Numbered from the whole stretch's first letter, positions 1 to 11,042 are shown. The stretch: 63,536 nucleotides of DNA, filler included, from Olpidium bornovanus S191 (GCA_017911155.1; 26 parts of 26 records of this genome joined end to end with filler, not necessarily neighbours in it); one strand, 5' to 3'. The notes: a model not told the origin generated them from the sequence alone. Program-made: numbers and translations.

Positions 1-95
1 GAAGGAAGGAAGGAAGGAAGGAAGGAAGGAAGGAAGGAAGGAGGAAACGAGGAAGGAAGGAAGGAAGGAAGGAAGGAGGAAACGAGGAAGGAAGA
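1..95. repeat. (GAAG)n microsatellite at a contig end
   Basis: Near-perfect GAAG/GGAA tandem repeats with two GAAAC interruptions. Confidence 0.95.
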
Positions 96-962
96 AAGGG
101 GGCACGCTGCTGTGAACCGCAAAGCCGCACACAACGCGAAACGTCCCCAACGCCCTTGCCATGAAGGAAGGAAGGATGGGCACAATGCCACACACGACGC
201 AAAACGTCACACGGCGCTGGCGCCAGGAAGGAAGGATGGATGGATGGATAGAGGGAGCAAAGGAGGGATGGGGCAACGCAGCAAACCGCAACACCTGCCC
301 CCCGGGTGAGGACGGCAAGAAAGAGAGAGAGAAAAAAAAAAAGATGCTGTCGCTGATGACCACTTGGCCCAGTTGATCTTGGTTATTTGCAACTTGTCTG
401 AGAAAAATTTGTTAAGGTGTTGCGAATGCTGAACACGAGCGGGTGAAAGTAGAATTCGCAAATAGTTTTTGTGCACACGTTGAAAATAAACGAATCCCCA
501 AAAACCAGTCCATATATTGATGCGGCAAACTCGGTTTTCAGGTCATCTACAGTTTTGGGCCTGTTGCGGTTTCGGAACTTTTGAGTGAAACAAGAGCAGT
601 CACAGTTGGTTATTGTCGGAACAAACCATTTGGTCCCTGTGTAAAATTCTTGCAGGTGTTTTGATAGATCGGCGTACGTGGCATAAAAATGATTCTTGTT
701 CATGTTCATGTTGAACGTTCATGTTGACCGAAAGCAAATCAGAGTGCAGTTCGGAATCCCTGAATGTCTTTACTGTTGAAAAACGAATTAGAATAAGGGG
801 GGGTTGAAGGGTGGCCGGGGAGTTCGGGTTCAAGGGGGGCGGGGGGGGGGTTCGGGTTAAAGGCGGGTTGAAGGTGAGCGGCGAGCCGAGACACTGCAGA
901 AAAAAAAGCAAGGCTCCAGCTGCTCTGTGAGCCAAGGTAGGACACGGTTTTTCCTGAACCTT

Positions 963-1380
963 GGTAGCTAACCGTCACTCTAAAACCTCCTCCAGCTTGT
1001 CTCGCAAGGCATGGGGAGCCAGGACGGGCTTGAGCATCCAAGGGCGATGCTCCGCAGTAAATATAACCATGGGAGCTATTACCTTCGGATCGACATATCC
1101 GATCTCCTCAGTCGAGAATACGAATACGCGCCCATGCCAACCGATCATCCTTTGGAACTCCGCTTCCTCTTAAGTAGTAAGGAGGTCATTTCCTCTGATC
1201 CTCATACTCGGCAAGGTGACCTCCACAAATCAATGTCCAATCCCTGTGGGGTCGCCCAGACAGCGCTCGATTAGCGTTAGCTTGATTTGTTCATGGGCGT
1301 CGGACGGCAGCACGGCCGCCACTGGCCTCACCTTCCTGTCTACCGTCTTGTATACAGCGTTCACGCGAGACTCCTTTGCG
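963..1380 (-). mobile_element. Decayed Ty3/Gypsy pol fragment (region upstream of RT)
   Basis: My translation reads AVYKTVDRKVRPVAAVLP...GH*...T*EEAEFQRMIGWHGRVFVFSTEEIGYVDPKVIAPMVIFTAEHRPWMLKPVLAPHALRDKLEEVLE*R. It resembles the YKxVxxKVxPV...FAFxxxExG...PxxIxTxxHxPW segment that precedes RT in fungal Gypsy elements. Three in-frame stops. Confidence 0.6.
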
Positions 1381-1396
1381 CCCGGGCTGTCCCTCG

Positions 1397-1437
<41 letters not shown>

Positions 1438-1441
1438 CCCG

Positions 1442-1494
<53 letters not shown>

Positions 1495-1502
1495 GCGCCC
1501 CC

Positions 1503-1602
1503 NNNNNNNNNNNNNNNNNNNNNNNNNNNNNNNNNNNNNNNNNNNNTTAATTAATTAANNNNNNNNNNNNNNNNNNNNNNNNNNNNNNNNNNNNNNNNNN
1601 NN
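1503..1602. other. Artificial 100-nt contig spacer N44-TTAATTAATTAA-N44 (first of 25)
   Basis: Same-design spacers start at 1503, 3253, 7111, 8994, 11069, 13460, 15597, 17098, 19350, 21028, 23281, 25092, 26756, 29860, 34150, 40418, 42514, 46279, 47734, 52603, 54900, 56834, 58021, 59478 and 61987. The core has stops in all six frames. Confidence 0.99.
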
Positions 1603-2467
1603 CATGACGGCTATGCCCCGCGAAACCATTTCGTAGACCGGGACGCCCGAGTACACGGCCGTGTAGATATTGGTGTTCGTCGGGTCTGCCTCCTCGGTGG
1701 TTGAGACGACGTCGGCCGACGCGGGCGGCGGAGTCCTGGGGATTTCGGGCGAACCCGGGTAGCTTGCCGGAGGCCCCGCGGGAGGGTACTGAGACGTCGC
1801 GTGCTGCGGTTCTGAAAAAATCCGCAGGCGAACGTGGTCAGCCTCACGAGTTTCGCGTCAGCCGCGCCGCGAACAAACGACAAAAACGGCCCTTCTTTTC
1901 CCCCGGCTCTCTTCCCCCTCGCCCCCTCCCCCCTCCACCCAACCAAAGCGAACGACCGGAAAGGTCGCCTTTGGCAGCGCCGTTGAAACCGCCGGTGGGC
2001 ACCGCCACTTTACCGGGATGACTTGGCAGACGCGAACGGAGGCCAGCTGACGGCCCCTGGTGATCCTGCGCGTGCTGACCGGGCGAGCGCGGACGGGGAA
2101 GGTGGTCCTGACCTTGCGCTTGGCGGCCGTCTCTCTGCGACACGACGTTGGGCGAGTTCGCGAACGCTTCGGCAGAGGCCGGCTGCGGCAGGACGGGCGT
2201 CGCTACGGAAGGGGTCGGCTCGCACCGGTCCGCAGACTGGCGCCGCTGCGGCTGCTGCGGCTGCTGCTGGTGCTGTAGCTGTTTCTGGTGGTGGTACGGA
2301 AGATATCCGTAACCGGGCGGCACGCACTGGACGGGCGAGACCTCTGACAGCACGCCGGCCATCGACGGCAGAGTCACCGCCGCGGGGGACTGCGGGACGG
2401 GCAGCGGCATCTCCGCACGGTAGAAAACCTCTTGCATGCCGGGATAATCACCGGCGGCCTTGCTCAT
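1603..2467 (-). CDS. SBF/MBF-type APSES (KilA-N) transcription factor, Mbp1/Swi4/Res family; 5' part (exons 2467-1939 and 1811-<1603)
   Basis: ATG at 2467; a phase-1 GT-AG intron at 1938-1812 joins the frames. Exon 2 ends NIYTAVYSGVPVYEMVSRGIAVM at the contig edge, matching the (I/V)YxAxYSGVxVYExxxxGxAVMRR start of the Mbp1/Res DNA-binding domain. Confidence 0.85.
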
Positions 2468-2655
2468 AACGGGGGAGTCGCGTGTGCCGCACGCACGCCT
2501 CCTGGAAGGTCGGTCACGCGAAGCGGGCTCGCCGTCTGATTTTCCTCGACGCTTGATAACGGGAAACGTGAAAAAAAGAGCAAAAAAAAAAACGAAAACA
2601 AAAAAAAACCAAAACAAAATTAACGCGAGGTTCGCGGAGAACGGCTTCTGACCGG

Positions 2656-2782
2656 CAAGGCCACGCCACGTTCTCTCTCTTTCTGTCTGTCTCTCTCCGT
2701 CTTTTTCTTTCTTCCTTCTTTTCAAGGCCACACCACGTTCTCTCTCTTTCTGTCCGTCTCTCTCCGTCCTTTTCTTTCTTCC
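2656..2782. repeat. Two-copy ~67-bp pyrimidine-rich tandem duplication upstream of the APSES gene
   Basis: CAAGGCCAC(G/A)CCACGTTCTCTCTCTTTCTGTC(T/C)GTCTCTCTCCGTC at 2656 and 2723. Confidence 0.8.
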
Positions 2783-3367
2783 GTCCTTTCTTTTTCTCTC
2801 TCTCTCTCTCTCTGCGGTCTCTCCGGTCTTTCTCTCCCTCTGTCGCTTTTTCTCTCCCCGCTGGCTGAAGGCTCTGCCGGCGCCGCGCGGCGTTCCCTCG
2901 TCCCCACTACGCGCGCGAGAGCGCCGCCTTTCCAATCTGTTTTCGGAGCACGGGGAGCCGCGCGCGCGGGGCCCTTCTTTTCTTCTTCTTCTGCACTCCC
3001 CCGCTTTCCCTCGGTGCTTCGTTTTCCCAGAGCGGGCCCGCCGACACGTACAAGAGAAGACACTCCGGGGAGGGTGCGCGGTTATCAGGCGGTTCCGGAG
3101 TTGACGCGTGCGTGCGTGCCGCAAGGCAGGCGTCCGGGGTTTGGCAACGCGCGGCGCAGAAGACGGGGGGATAGCCGCGCGCGCGCCGCGCGTCCAAAGA
3201 AGGGGGGGGGGGTGTGCGCGCGTCGCCTGCGGAGTGGTTGGGGGGTGGGGCGNNNNNNNNNNNNNNNNNNNNNNNNNNNNNNNNNNNNNNNNNNNNTTAA
3301 TTAATTAANNNNNNNNNNNNNNNNNNNNNNNNNNNNNNNNNNNNNNNNNNNNGGGGTGTGGTGTGGT

Positions 3368-3436
<69 letters not shown>

Positions 3437-3737
3437 TGGACGGAGTAGGCAGAAGCCGTTTTTTCAAGATTTTTGTAGCAAAGCCCGCGGCCCAAAAAAA
3501 ATTTTGCGACCCGCGTCAGCTCGAACGTGGCGAAATACGTTGACGTTCGAAACTCAGTCGGAATTGCGGAACGAAAAACGGCTTACGATCCGCGCAGTCG
3601 TGGTGAAAGCCGTTCGCGTTTATAAAGAAGCGTCGGGGGCCGCGGGGAGAGACAATAGAAATCAAATCCCGCGGCAGACAAAGAAACGAACAAAGGAGAA
3701 ACTTCTGGAAGTTTCGGGGGCACAACAGAAACCGTAC

Positions 3738-4239
3738 TGTCGGACACGGGAAGTTGGCTTCTTATCTGATCGTTGTCGTCGCAGAGCAAGGTCCGTATGA
3801 CGCCGACAAGTTTGTTTGTAATAGCCTCGGCCACGCTATCTTGTTTCCCGAGTTCGTCTGACAGCACGACCATAGAGTCCAAAGTTCCGGTCTGTTGTTT
3901 AATCGCCAAGGGATCGTCATATCGTTGAGACCTGTGAGGCCGGGGTGGATCACTCCAGCAGCCTCCAGGGGCAACAAAAAGAAAGAAATAAAAATAAAAA
4001 AGTAAAATAATGATAATAATAACAAAGAAAGAAAGGAGCAAAAGAGAAAAAAAGAAAAAAGAAAAAAGAAAAAAAAACCAATGTAAAAAGACTCCCGCCT
4101 AACTCGCGAAAACTACCTTGAACTCTGGTATGGTGAAGTGGTTTACGTCGCCGTATTCTCGCAGCAGCAGCTTGAGCATGCTGTACGTCGTGGCCTTGTC
4201 GCTTCCAGCTGGGACAGCGACGCACCAGTATACAGGCAT
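3738..4239 (-). CDS. VMA5: V-ATPase V1 subunit C, exons 1-2 (4239-4117, 3891-3738); the rest is not in this contig
   Basis: Spliced product MPVYWCVAVPAG...VNHFTIPEFK|TGTLDSMVVLSDELGKQDSVAEAITNKLVGVI matches the subunit C N-terminus (FxIPxFKxGTLDxLxxLSDELxKxD). GT-AG intron at 4116-3892. Confidence 0.92.
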
Positions 4240-4861
4240 TCTTTTAGAACGGAGCTCCGGCAGGCGGGCGTCCCGCTCGAAGGTGTAAGTCGGTAGGTGG
4301 GTAAAGCGATGCAGGTAGGAATAGCCGGGCGCTCGCGGCAGTCGGGCGACGGTGCGCTGCCGGACCAACAGACGGCGCGTGGAAAGGAGGAGGGGTGCCG
4401 AAGGGGAGGGGGGCCGAAGGGGAGGGGGGCCAAAGCGGCGGGGGTGGTCGCGCCGGGCAGGGGGTGCGTGTGAGAGAGAGTATGTGGGTGTGCGAGTGGC
4501 GGGTCGGTGGGGTGAGCGGGGGGGCTGGGTTGCCTTTTATTTTTTTCTTTTTTTCTTTTTTTCTTTTTTTTTTCTCCTTTTCCGACTGTACCCGTTGTTT
4601 CTTCTGACGGTGCTGCTCCGGAAGGAGAGAAGAAAGGGGGCGGGGGGGGGGGGGGGGGGAGGGGGGGGGGGGGGGGGGGGGGGAAGAAGAGCGTGCGCGC
4701 GGGCGCGCGCGAGATGAGAAGAGAGGAGAGAGAGAAAAAAGAGAGAAACAAAGTAGAGAAAAACGAGAGAAGAGAGAGAGAAAAAAGAAAGAAAAAAAAG
4801 TAGAAAGAAACGAGAGAAGAGAGAGAGAAAAAAGAGAGAGAAAGACGGGGAGAGAGAGAGC

Positions 4862-4923
<62 letters not shown>

Positions 4924-5145
4924 GCGCCCGTGCGCGCTGGGGGGGAGGGGGCCGGGTGTGCGGAGGAGGGGTGGAAAACGCGAGCGAAAGGTTGGGGGGG
5001 GGGGGGGGGGTTTGGCGCAACGGTCGCCGCTCCTTCCTTTCTCTCTGCTTCCTTTTTATATTTGGAACTACTACCGTACACCGTAGGCGTACAGTGTATA
5101 TAAATGGAAAATGGAATTTGGACTCAAACCCTGTCTCGAACGATT

Positions 5146-7102
5146 CCCGAGCCACGTAGCAAGCTTTGAACTTGTTGACCGTAAGATCAGCATGAAATCT
5201 TAATTTGTAAACCCAGCCGGCCTTGAGGATCTTGCCTGCGGGCCGGAGGACAAGTTCGTAGACATAAAGGGCGGTCAGTGAATGGATTTCAGCTTCCGTT
5301 GCAGCATGCCATTCTGCGGCATATGCAGAGGCCATGGCTTCATCATAGGAATGTGGATCTGGATCGTAACGTGGGGAAGCAGTCGGAATGCCGGCGGCGG
5401 AGAGAATAATATCTTCCGCCGTTGCCGCGAGATGCAGGGGTATTGGCAAGCGCTTACGGCGATTGTAAGCGCAGATTCTGGACGGGCGATCAATGAAAGA
5501 TTCAGGCTCCCACGAATCGTCCTCAGGACCATACCTTTTGAGGCGCACGAGGTATTCAGTCTCGGATCCCGGGACAGAACGATGATTCATACCGCGATCA
5601 ATGATAAAATGGCCGCCATGATTTCATGGAGGAATCGAAGTGGGCAGGATCATTAAAGTCTTGAGGATGAAAGAGACGGGATTCGTCGAACACAACATCG
5701 CAAGACTCAATGACCTTGTCTGTCAGCAGGTCCCACAGCTTGTACCCATCATGTCTGCGATCAGAGTAACCGAGCATAACATATCGCTTGCCCGGCATGA
5801 CGAGCTTGAAGTAGACTCGTAGGCCATGAAGAATGGCGAAGGTAATCGAAAACAAAAATTCTGAAGCTCCGGGAACGCAGAGGGTGTCTTGAAGCGCAAG
5901 GCGACCATGTTCATTCCCAAAGACCATCGTACCGTGGCCGGAGATCGGTGTCTTGCTGCCATCGGCAATGGAAAATGCAGAAGGCGCCTCTTCAAAGTCC
6001 TGAAGGTCATACTCATTGGGAAGATGTGATGAGTGGATCCGGAGTCCACGACTGCACGGATCTTACTTGTAGACACTCTGCGCACGGTTGGTAAATGGAC
6101 ATAATTGGTGGGATAATTAGCCATTGGTGCACCATCGAAGGCTATCGCCAATCGAGTTGCACGGGCAGCGCGCGGTGGCGGGGCTTTATCTGCCTGTTGG
6201 GAAGTGGTCGTATCGGCGTTTGCAGCCTGTCCCGCTTGTCCCGCTTTGTCTCGGTGACGTTTAAGAGCCTTAAGTGTCGGGCAATCAGCGAAGAAGTGCC
6301 GGGCATCACCGTCACAACACTTGCAGACAGGAGGCAGGCGATCAGTCCCGTCAATCCCATTTCCACGGCCGCGGCCGCCGCGGCCGCCGCGAGATTTGCC
6401 ACAAGCGCTGCCATGGTTGGTCCCATTGTTTGCCTTTTTCTTCTTCTCATTATTGTTCTCTTGTCCTTGTCAGCGGCACCACGGCGGCCGGAGCTGCCGC
6501 CTGGCCCGCTGCCAGGGCAGTGTCATAAGGCGATCTGTTGCGCTCAGGAGAGGGAGTTGAGATGCATAGGGTCACATTTCATGTAAAGACTGGACTCGGC
6601 CATGGAGATTTGAGAGGTAAGTATCCAAAATATTAAAGTCATCAACCTGATGAAGCTGAACCCGCAACTTCTCGAAAGCTGCATTGTATGCTGCAACCGA
6701 ACCGAAGTTCATGTGTTTACATTGGCAGAGCTCATGCCAAATGCGTGATTATTGATCAGGGAGGATGAATTGTTTTTTCATGACGTTCTTGAGTTTGAGC
6801 CACGTAGTGATAAGGCCGGTCGTCCGCACCGAATCCCACCAGACCGAGGCGTCTCCATCTAACCGATTAGCGGCTGTAAGAACTTCAAGGCGATCATCAT
6901 GAAGCATGGCCGCTTCGAAATAATCTTCGACCTTTTGTAATGTCGAGAGTCGCTCTGCGCCATCGCGTCCTGTGAACCGGGGTATAGGATCATGTAGTCC
7001 TTTTATACAGGTTTGGGCGTACGAAGATGAAGAAGATGAGGACCGGCCCGAAGCAGCGGCTATATCAGACGTCGTCGAAGCCTGATCTTGACGAGGAGCC
7101 AA
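5146..7102 (-). mobile_element. Decayed, internally deleted Ty1/Copia-type LTR retrotransposon: gag, Zn knuckle, protease, integrase C-terminus, chromodomain, RT start
   Basis: In order on the minus strand: capsid (IPRFTG...KVEDYFEAA...AANRLDGDASVWW); RGG tract; CKCCDGDARHFFADC; Copia protease VVDSGSTHHIFP and LQDTLCVPG; KLVMPGKRYVMLGYS...GYKLWD...SCDVVFDE; chromodomain; RVT_2 start PHSYDEAM...EWHAATEAEIHSL...GWVYKLR...KFKACYVAR. Stops and frameshifts are present. Confidence 0.9.
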
Positions 7103-7659
7103 TGCAGCAANNNNNNNNNNNNNNNNNNNNNNNNNNNNNNNNNNNNNNNNNNNNTTAATTAATTAANNNNNNNNNNNNNNNNNNNNNNNNNNNNNNNNNN
7201 NNNNNNNNNNCATGTGTTCTGCCTGAGTGGGAGAAAGGGGCGGCTTGTGACAGCCGTCGGATCCTTCCGTCAAAGACTGATGGACGAAGAAAGCGAGCAG
7301 TTTCGAGTCATCGTCGCGCCGCCTTTTCTGCGCCATTACGCTCCTGGCTTTCGCGGCGCATCCCGTTTTGATAGAACCTTTCGGACGGTCCTACGTTGCC
7401 GCCGACATCCCTCTCCCTAAAGGATATGCAGACGGTTCCGCACTTATTGACGCCCACCGCCGTGGGAGGGTTTCCCTGTTCGAATCCCGCCGTTTTCGCC
7501 GGGTACGGCCTTCCATCTCCCGCATTATTTTGGCGGGTTTTCTACGGCGCCACTCCGCCGTCCGAAACGGACTGAACACGCCCGGATCCCAAACACACGG
7601 AGCAAACGAGACGGTCGTCGGATACCGAAGAACTCCGCCGCCTATTCCGCTCTTTTTTT

Positions 7660-8313
7660 TTGTCGGCAGCCCCGTGGCGAAGAATGGCAGCCGCGCTGTC
7701 TCCGTGGACAGGTTTTCTTCCGCGGAGCTCCGTCCGGAGTTTGGCGAGCGCGTCGAGATTCCGCAAAACGCCGTCGCCGCCTTCCGGCCAGTCGACCGTC
7801 GAGTCCGCCCAATACAACAGTCCCGAGGCCACGTCGGCGCAGGGCCGAGAGATCCCGCCTCTTCACACGTATTGCAGGTTGCGGAAAGAACTCATGCGGA
7901 ACCAACCGCCCCCCGAGCCGCCGCACGTACACGCAGCCGGGACGGAGGAATACGAACAGGAAGCCTCCTCACAGACGGAACGCGCTCGCAAGCTCGCTGA
8001 CAAGCTGAGAGTACGCGACACCGTGCGGCCCTTGCCGAGAGGGGCGATGCCACCACGGAAGCCGCTGGTGCCCACCTCTCCATGCCAGGCGACGCCGTAC
8101 GGCCCAGGCTCTGGCGCAGAGGCTGAAGAGGGGTTTGAGGAGGGGGAGCGGAGAACCACCGCATCGCCGCCTCTGAACGCGCCGCGGGCGCTTCGGCACT
8201 CGCCACCCCGCGATTTCCCAAGGCTGCCGGTAGATCCGCTGGGCTCCGGCGGGATTCGACACGCTACGGTCGTATCATCGAGTTCGTTCCCAGTACCGAC
8301 CAGGGCTCAATGA
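7660..8313 (+). CDS. Hypothetical protein, probable terminal exon
   Basis: 217-codon open frame after a T-rich tract and CAG acceptor at ~7670. No family recognised. Confidence 0.3.
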   Translation: MSAAPWRRMAAALSPWTGFLPRSSVRSLASASRFRKTPSPPSGQSTVESAQYNSPEATSAQGREIPPLHTYCRLRKELMRNQPPPEPPHVHAAGTEEYEQEASSQTERARKLADKLRVRDTVRPLPRGAMPPRKPLVPTSPCQATPYGPGSGAEAEEGFEEGERRTTASPPLNAPRALRHSPPRDFPRLPVDPLGSGGIRHATVVSSSSFPVPTRAQ

Positions 8314-9093
8314 GCCGGGCTGCGTTGAATAAGCCGGGCCAAGACGCGGCGCGACCCCGGTTATCCACCACTGGTCCGACCCAACCCCGTCCCCATCTGC
8401 GTGAAATACCATTTACCCAACCCCGGTTGCATTTCGATACGGCGGGCATACCCCCAACCCGGCCCGTTTGACTGTTACGGAGGTTTTCGAAGTGTCCATT
8501 TCGGGAGCAGGGCCGCATAACTTTATAGGAAGTATCCATCGACTGGTGTACGTTTGAGGTGATCGGTTAAACTGAAGAAATTGCTACGGAACGAGAACTT
8601 TTCCATTTCCGTCTAACAATATTAACTATTGGCTTTGGCGATGAGGAAGGCGAAACGCATCGTCAACTCCGCACCCGCTCTGTCTGCGGCAGCTTCCTTC
8701 GGCCGGCGGCTTCCTTCCTCCGCATTCTGCCCTCACCTCGAACGAGCGTCTCGCGAGCGCGAGGTCCACTTCAGGGAGGACCCCGCCGGCCGCCAAGTCT
8801 TTTTAGAAAAAAAAAAAAAAATCCGCCAATAATACACTTTGCCACGTGACCATCCGGGCGTTAGTCCGGAGCGATCGGTCGACCTGTTTTCTGTGACGTC
8901 ACCGCGGACGACAACGCCACACTGGACTTCGCAGAGAGACTCTGCGGGTCTCTCAAAGCCATCATCAATCTCTCGGGGGGGGGGGGGGGGGGGNNNNNNN
9001 NNNNNNNNNNNNNNNNNNNNNNNNNNNNNNNNNNNNNTTAATTAATTAANNNNNNNNNNNNNNNNNNNNNNNNNNNNNNNNNNNNNNNNNNNN

Positions 9094-9927
9094 AAGGACG
9101 TTTCGGAACCGCCGGGGTCGAAGCCGGAACCGCCCGCGCCGTCGCGGCCGAGGAGCTCCCGGATCCGAAACGCGATCGCGGCTGCGGCCGCTTCCACCGC
9201 GGCCGCGCCGCATGCGCCCGCGCCCGCTGCGAACCCCGCCGTCACGGAAGGTCAGATCGTCGGCTCGCCTGAGGCGATCAGCGAACCTCCCGAGGCGGAG
9301 GCGGCGGCGGCGGACGCGAAGGAGGCGGAGGAGACGGACGTCAAGGCGGAAGTCGGCGGCGGCGGCGGAGGCGGCGGCGGCAGCGACGAAGAGCCGGACG
9401 CTGACCTCTTCACACCGCCGCCGCCCGACCTGGTGACGGCCGTCGGGTGGACAGAGGACGAGTGCTACCTGGCCGTCGTCGCGTTTCGCATGCTCGGCCG
9501 GGACTTCGTCAACGTAGCCCGCATGATCCGGACCAAAAATCCCGACCAGTGCCGCAACTTTTACCTGAACTTCCGCCGGAATTTTGGCGAAGTCTCCCTC
9601 GCGCAGCAGGCTCCGCCCAGGGAGAGGTGGGATTTGCCGCCACTTTGCGGCCAGGTGGGGAAGAGGCACCGGAGCCGGAAGGGCGGCAAGCGGAAAAAGG
9701 GGGCCTCTTCCGGCAAGGACAGGGACAGGGACAGGGACGGCGACGAGGACGAGGCGGCGGCGCCGGCGGCGTCCGGGTCTGTGTCTGCGGCGGCGGCGGT
9801 GGAGGACGTCGACATCGAGGACGAGGGGACCACGAGCGGGCCCGATCCCGAAAGGGACGCCATGGAGCTTCTGGGGGCTTTGGCCACCACCGTCACGCAT
9901 CCACAAGAATTTTCGTCTCCCACGTGA
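9094..9927 (+). CDS. SANT/Myb-domain protein (N-CoR/Snt1-like), C-terminal part
   Basis: Frame open from the contig start to TGA at 9925-9927. GWTEDECYLAVVAFRMLGRDFVNVARMIRTKNPDQCRNFYLNFRR fits the SANT consensus WTxxE...GxDFxxIAxxxxTKxxxQCxNFY. Confidence 0.85.
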   Translation, partial: KDVSEPPGSKPEPPAPSRPRSSRIRNAIAAAAASTAAAPHAPAPAANPAVTEGQIVGSPEAISEPPEAEAAAADAKEAEETDVKAEVGGGGGGGGGSDEEPDADLFTPPPPDLVTAVGWTEDECYLAVVAFRMLGRDFVNVARMIRTKNPDQCRNFYLNFRRNFGEVSLAQQAPPRERWDLPPLCGQVGKRHRSRKGGKRKKGASSGKDRDRDRDGDEDEAAAPAASGSVSAAAAVEDVDIEDEGTTSGPDPERDAMELLGALATTVTHPQEFSSPT

Positions 9928-10004
9928 CTTTGGTTGCGTTTCCCCCACCCCCTTGATGCGTCAATCGCCGCCCACCCACGTTCGCCACCCGGAACATTCA
10001 TGCG

Positions 10005-10046
<42 letters not shown>

Positions 10047-11001
10047 CTCTTTCTCTTTCTTTTCCCGCCCAGATCCGCCTCCCCTCCCTCCCTTCGCCGC
10101 ACTCCGCCGGTCCGCCCTCCGCCACGCGCCAGGTAGCAAGCTGTGCCGCACGCTGTAATTAACAACCGAAAATACCATACGCACAGTAGAGCGAAACCCC
10201 TTTTCCCGCCTTCAAAAAATTCGCCATCCGAGTTTGCGAGGAAATCTCATTATATTACAGATCATTAATTTTTTTTCCCGAACAAACAAAAAAAAAAAAA
10301 AAACGAGAAACGGAAAAACTACAAGCGAAAGCTGCCACCTCCCACCACAAACGCCGCCGCCGCCGTCGCCACCCGTCCGTCGCCAATGCACAAAAGGGAG
10401 CAACTTTTGTTACAAGTAAAATCACGAGACTCTGGCCTATAATGTTGGCTGGGGGGGGGGGGGAAAGGGGTTATGCGTTTGGTCTGGGTTTGGTTTTTCG
10501 AGAACCATGAAAAAGAGCGGGCCTTTAAATGCGAAGCCCGAGACGTTTGTGGAACAGCCCCTCGCGTGCGATATACGTGCACGCGTGTGCAATTTGGGGC
10601 GTTCCTCGACAATCGGCGCGCGTGTTCCCAGGCCCGGAGGCCAGTCTCCTTTCATCGCCCTCGTCTCGCCCGCTTATTTGGCCGAACTCCGCCGCGGCGC
10701 CAAGGGATGCAACCGCGCGGAGGTGTTCGGCAGAATTTTTTTTTTTTTTTCATTTTGGAAAAAAACAAAATCAACCCCGTACACCAGATGAAACGAGCCG
10801 CGTGACCGTGGGGTCGCGAGCCGGACTTCCGGACGCGCTCCCGCGGGAAGGCGATTTCTTCGTGGCCTTCGTCGTTGGTTCCTTTCGCCTTCCGCTGCCG
10901 GGCGTCCGGGGCGGGCGTCCAGAGCGGGCGGGGGGGAAGGCGGCGAGAAGCGGTCGAGGGAGAGTTGCGTCACGCGCGTCTGCGGCGGGGTGAGCGGGGG
11001 G

Positions 11002-11042
<41 letters not shown>

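Noticed and set aside
207-709. Cys-containing minus-strand ORFs (TNCDCSCF) as a transposase CxC domain
   Set aside because: The Cys/His spacing matches no CxC or zinc-finger pattern I can name, and no catalytic motif is nearby.
1547-1558. Regularly recurring TTAATTAATTAA as a biological repeat
   Set aside because: It is always centred in exactly 44+44 Ns, so it is a concatenation linker with six-frame stops.
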